A stretch of 64,000 nt of DNA, taken from assembly GCA_002104905.1 (NCBI GenBank), contig MCFE01000033.1, positions 124,001-188,000 of the forward strand, read 5' to 3'. A program made the position numbers and the translations under genes. Source of the DNA: Basidiobolus meristosporus CBS 931.73 (lineage: Eukaryota; Fungi; Basidiobolomycota). Under the pieces are notes generated by a model, which was not told the origin of the DNA, did no database searches, and worked only from the letters and a program-made list of their open reading frames with translations. The first letter of the stretch is position 1, and each line of letters begins with the position of its first letter. Below, one piece after another: positions 59,723-64,000 of the stretch.

Positions 59723-61390
59723 CTACATTAGCATACCAGCGATGGTGGCGCTCATCAAGGTCGACATGGTACCGCACAACATGGCCGAGAACGCCAGTTC
59801 GGCAAGATCCTGTCTACGTGAAGGGGCCATCGATCCCAATGCTCCGATTTGAATACCGATTGATCCGAAGTTGGCGAATCCGCAGAGACAGTACACTGCC
59901 AAGGACTGAGTACGTGGAAGCAATTTGGCAACCATTTCTTTGCTGGTCAGTGTTCCAAAGGCCACAAACTCGTTCACAAACATCTTGGTAGCCATCAGAC
60001 GAGCTACATCCACGCAATCGCGCTGAGGAATGCCAACAAGCCAGATGAATGGAACAAAAATATATCCCATAATCAACTGCAGGGTCAAGTTGTCAATGTT
60101 GATAAAGTTCCCGAACCAAGTGAGCAGAGCGTTCACCAAAGCAAGAAGTGACATGAATGCAAGCACCGTAGCTCCGATCAAAAGTGCCAAGTGGATACCC
60201 TGGGCCGCACCGTTGGCAGCAGCGTGTAGGAAATTGGCTTCCTTGTCCTCAGAAGGTGGGATACGCACTTTTCCTTTTGTAACTGGCTCTCCAGTCTCGG
60301 GGATACGCATCTTCGAGATGGCTAAACCGCAAGGGGTTGACATGACACAGGAGGTAATGAGAGACTGGGAATCAACGCCCATGGAGATGAATCCAACCAA
60401 CACTGATCCAGAAATGGTGGCAAAACCGGACACCATTGTTGAGTGAATCTCGGCCTTTGTCATGGTTTCTAAGAACGGTAGAACCAGTAATGCCGATTCA
60501 CCTTGGCCAACGAAGGGAGAAGCAGCGGCAACAGTGGATTCCGCTCCGCTGGTGCCCATAACTCTGACCATGAACCAGGCTACCTTTCTCACCATCCATT
60601 GCATACCTCCAAAGAAGTACACGATCTTCACGATAGCCGCAAAGAAGAGCACAGCTGGAAGAACAGTGGTAGCGAATACCTTGGTGTTTGCAACATCGTC
60701 GCCAGCAATGAAGGCCAAACCGTTGTTCGAGAACTCGAGAAGAGTCGAGCACAAGTCAGATAACCAATGGAAAATATCGTAGCCAACCGATGTCTTGAGG
60801 ATAAACAAGCCCAAGATGAACTGCATCAAGATGCCTACAATGACGGTGGCCCAGCGGATCTTCTTACGGTTGGACGAGGTTGCATATAGCACGAGAAGGA
60901 ATACACATAGACCGCAAAGCGATCTGACTCTGTCAACAAGGCTGCTGTGACCTTCTTTCACAGGAAGCCCGAGCGTCACACCGGCAATGAGGCCAACGGT
61001 GAAAATGATCGCGCTGATCCAGCGAACTTTACTAGGGAATCTCATGGCAAATCTAATCAAGGTCGAAAAGAACCAGCCCAAAGGCTTGGTAAGGATGGTG
61101 GTGGGCACGTGGTAGAACATAATCTTTAACGAAACAAATGCCCAGATCAGCGACATGACAAGGGTGTCACGTCCATGAAGAATCCATGCGGCGATCATAT
61201 ATCCAGTATACAATACCACCGCAGCGATATGGAAGTAGAGACGATAGCGTTGATAAAGTGATCCCTTTTCCTCGGGCTTTTCGGGTTGCTTCTTTTCATC
61301 TTCATCAATGTAAGAGTCATTTGCAGTGGTAGGCAAGAAAGAGACCGGGACTGACTCCGTTTGCGCGTTTTGAGCTTCGTGGACAGACAT
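59723..61390 (-). CDS. CNT: CNT copy 7, intact 555 aa, inverted
   Basis: Uninterrupted ORF; ASPFVGQGES; most divergent copy. Confidence 0.96.
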   Translation of the reverse strand: MSVHEAQNAQTESVPVSFLPTTANDSYIDEDEKKQPEKPEEKGSLYQRYRLYFHIAAVVLYTGYMIAAWILHGRDTLVMSLIWAFVSLKIMFYHVPTTILTKPLGWFFSTLIRFAMRFPSKVRWISAIIFTVGLIAGVTLGLPVKEGHSSLVDRVRSLCGLCVFLLVLYATSSNRKKIRWATVIVGILMQFILGLFILKTSVGYDIFHWLSDLCSTLLEFSNNGLAFIAGDDVANTKVFATTVLPAVLFFAAIVKIVYFFGGMQWMVRKVAWFMVRVMGTSGAESTVAAASPFVGQGESALLVLPFLETMTKAEIHSTMVSGFATISGSVLVGFISMGVDSQSLITSCVMSTPCGLAISKMRIPETGEPVTKGKVRIPPSEDKEANFLHAAANGAAQGIHLALLIGATVLAFMSLLALVNALLTWFGNFINIDNLTLQLIMGYIFVPFIWLVGIPQRDCVDVARLMATKMFVNEFVAFGTLTSKEMVAKLLPRTQSLAVYCLCGFANFGSIGIQIGALGSMAPSRRQDLAELAFSAMLCGTMSTLMSATIAGMLM

Positions 61391-62751
61391 TTTTGGTCAC
61401 GAATCTTTGGTGGAAAGTGTAGAAATTGTAAGAGTAGAAGAGAAGAATGGTTTGCGGATAATCAGGTAAAAGCACTTTTATAGGCTTCGATAAATTTTCC
61501 AAACCACCCTTCCTAATCTGGATCATTTCTTTATAACGAATAATCTTAACATTGTTTGACTAGCGCCCCGATTCGAATGTTAATTCATTTTGAATGATAC
61601 CATAAAGAGAATACTGGGCTTCAATTCACCACAATCGTCGGTTCTTGATGCCCCTCGACCCTATTGGATTCGATCAAAAAATTTCTGCTCCAAATACAGC
61701 AACGTCTCAAACAATGATTCTTCCCGCTCATTAGAAGTGCTTGAGAGTGCTAACAAGAGCGCTTTACCTGGAATGCTCTTTTTATTGCCATCGCATCAGC
61801 GGTTCCCTCTTTTTCGCCATATTTGTCTCTTTAATCCTGGGAAAGAGAGGATGGTGTTACCGCTGAAAGCCACAGCATAATACGGCACACGAGAATAGAA
61901 TTTCCCTGCATACATGTCAAGCCCTATATGGGTCATTCGCGTTGAAGTGCGTATTTCTATGAGCTTTCGGTTACTCCACTCGCATTATACATATCGAGTC
62001 CTTTGCCTCGTTACCTTCACATATCGAGTCTGAATTCTTTGCCGACGGTTGCTTTTCGCATATCGAGCCTAGCGCCTAAGGACTTTGAGTGCAACCATGC
62101 ATATTCCGGTCCCTCATCGATGCTAATGCTTATTTATAGCTGGTCGTTGACTACGTATATATTCCACCCCAGCACCAAGTACCGAGTGAATATTCATTCA
62201 TTGGCTCTTGAGCACGGTGACGCAGGCAATCATCAACGACCTCAAAAGAGAAAAATGAGGGCAAAAAAGGAATCTCCGATGAGCTGCCCAGTCCAATCCT
62301 TGGCAACTCCGGTGTGGACACAATACCATTACTGGCATCGAAGTGCTAATTTCTCAGGATCAGAAATTTATCCATTTTGAGGTTCTCTTGACGAGGAATT
62401 TCTTGCTATATCCATACACCTGTCCTACAGCGCCATCACATGGTCTACCATGGCAACTGCCCATCTTACACAGTAAGGAGGCTTGTAAGATGCTGATCTT
62501 TGCCAACTAAGTACCGCTGCCAGTAGGTCAAGCAATCTCTCGCTAACCAACACTGTCGACTGTGACCTGATAAATTGCCGGAGGACCAAAATGGTAAAAT
62601 TAAGTATCACGAATTACCCATGTAATGAGCTAACGGTGCAGTGAACTAAAGAGATTCCGCTGGTGTGAAGCGTCTTGCGGAGGTAAGAAAGTATAAAAGT
62701 TCCCGTGCTATTGATCAGAACTTCAGAAAGCGTCCAATTCTCTTAGTCCCT

Positions 62752-64000
62752 ATGGGTCCTCGCGCAAAAACTCTCCTTGCTTTGGCTGGTTCCTTCTTGG
62801 TCACCCGTTCCGCTGTAGCGTTTGATGTAGGTGCCATTTACGATGTAAAGTAGAGGGAAATGTTCTAAATACGTTGAACGCTTTCTGATAGGCCACTTGC
62901 AATAACAATCTTGTAGCATGTATGTATCTTTGTTTAACACTAATCAACCTTGTAACGTTCACTAAATTCTCATCCTGTAGACTGGTAAAGCACCGTTATA
63001 ACCAAGTGAATCTACTGGCGTTACTAAATGGATTACTTTTCATGTCAATCTTTCACAAATCCAGGGGTCAGAACAGTTACGGTGGTGGTGGCGGCGACTC
63101 TAGTGGTTGGCAGAAGAATTTGGCTTATTATTGCCAAGATGACACCGTTGATGTGATCCCAGTTTGTAAGTTCTACAAGTGGCGTACAAAAATCCCAATA
63201 GGAACTAATGACCTCTACGCACGCAGCTTTTCTGAACACCTTCTTTGGCAAGGGCGGATTTCCTGAGCTGAACCTGGCTAATGTACTTCATCAGTCCTCA
63301 GCCATTGCTCCACTTTTCTCTAACAGTTTCCTCTTTAGACTTGCAACGTCAAAGACAATGCCACCTTCCCGGGAACCAACATGGTCAATTGCCCTAGCAT
63401 TGGTGATGATATCAAGTACTGTCAATCCCGTGGTAAATCGATCATTCTTTCTCTGGGAGGAGCAGGTGGATCGTACGGATTCCAGAATGACGCACAAGCC
63501 CAAGGTTTTGCCACCCAAGTTTGGTAAGTTTCTGATTGGTCAGATTAAATTCCGTACTGAGAATAACAATGCTGGCAATTAGGAACCTATTCCTTGGTGG
63601 AAAGTCCGATACTAGACCATTTGGTGACGCCGTCTTTGATGGAGTTGATCTCGATATCGAAGGCGGAGGTCCTACTGGGTATGTGGCATTTGTCAACCAG
63701 CTTCGCTCATACTACCAGCAAGATAAAAGCAAGAAATACTTGATTGCTGCTGCTCCCCAATGTGTTTACCCTGGTACGTACTGGTGACTTCTTATCCAAA
63801 TGAAAACGAGTGTTTTCTGATTGTTGCATCTACCGAAATCTTAGATGGCCAGCTAAGCAGCACCTTGAACAATGCGTGGTTCGATTTAGTTTTTGTCCAG
63901 TTTTACAACAATCCATGTAAGTGGATCTCCTATATCGAACGTACAGCTCCAGACTGATACGTTGTTCGACCTATAGGTGGTTTGCAGTATTACAACAACT
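62752..64000 (+). CDS. Secreted GH18 class III (Cts1-like) chitinase, multi-exon, incomplete at window end
   Basis: Signal peptide [23 protein letters not shown]; [24 protein letters not shown]; [11 protein letters not shown] (DxxDxDxE); AAPQC; VQFYNN; TATAAAAG near 62692. Confidence 0.93.

Noticed and set aside
44523-60782. Recurrent antisense ORFs over the CNT genes (e.g. MEISIPHGTDM...)
   Set aside because: They are shadows of the repeated sense CDS and its codon bias
62003-62610. Possible small gene or pseudo-exons between CNT7 and the chitinase
   Set aside because: A splice-acceptor-like CTAAT...CAG is present, but no coherent or recognisable reading frame

Overview
Eukaryotic window, most likely from an early-diverging fungus. 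This is inferred from short GT-AG introns with CTAAC-like branch points, fungal-type CNT and class III GH18 genes, and retained CNOT10 and Gemin6; the species cannot be determined here. There are three zones. (1) 1-~21.7 kb is a strongly CpG-depleted nest of transposons: two PIF/Harbinger-like copies, a CACTA/EnSpm relic, Ty3/Gypsy fragments, two solo LTRs each with its own 4-bp TSD, several nested copies of one Ty1/Copia family, and one intact young Copia (349-bp LTRs, GGAAG TSD). It ends in a decaying LRR pseudogene. (2) ~23-42 kb is compact and CpG-normal, with ARP8, RNase H2C, SDS22, NOP10, Gemin6, SLC25A46/UGO1-like, a flavin reductase, CNOT10, GCV3, a serpin, SSL1, GCN20 and a GATA factor. 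(3) 44-61.4 kb holds seven intronless concentrative nucleoside transporter (CNT/SLC28) genes, followed by a GH18 chitinase that runs off the window. The most interesting signal is the CNT array. It shows patchy gene conversion, and copies 1-5 carry Met where copies 6-7 carry Gln at a known selectivity position (GM as in human CNT2, GQ as in human CNT3). Other notable points are the mosaic CpG erosion of the transposons, an intact Harbinger ORF2, and a serpin with an inhibitory-type hinge.
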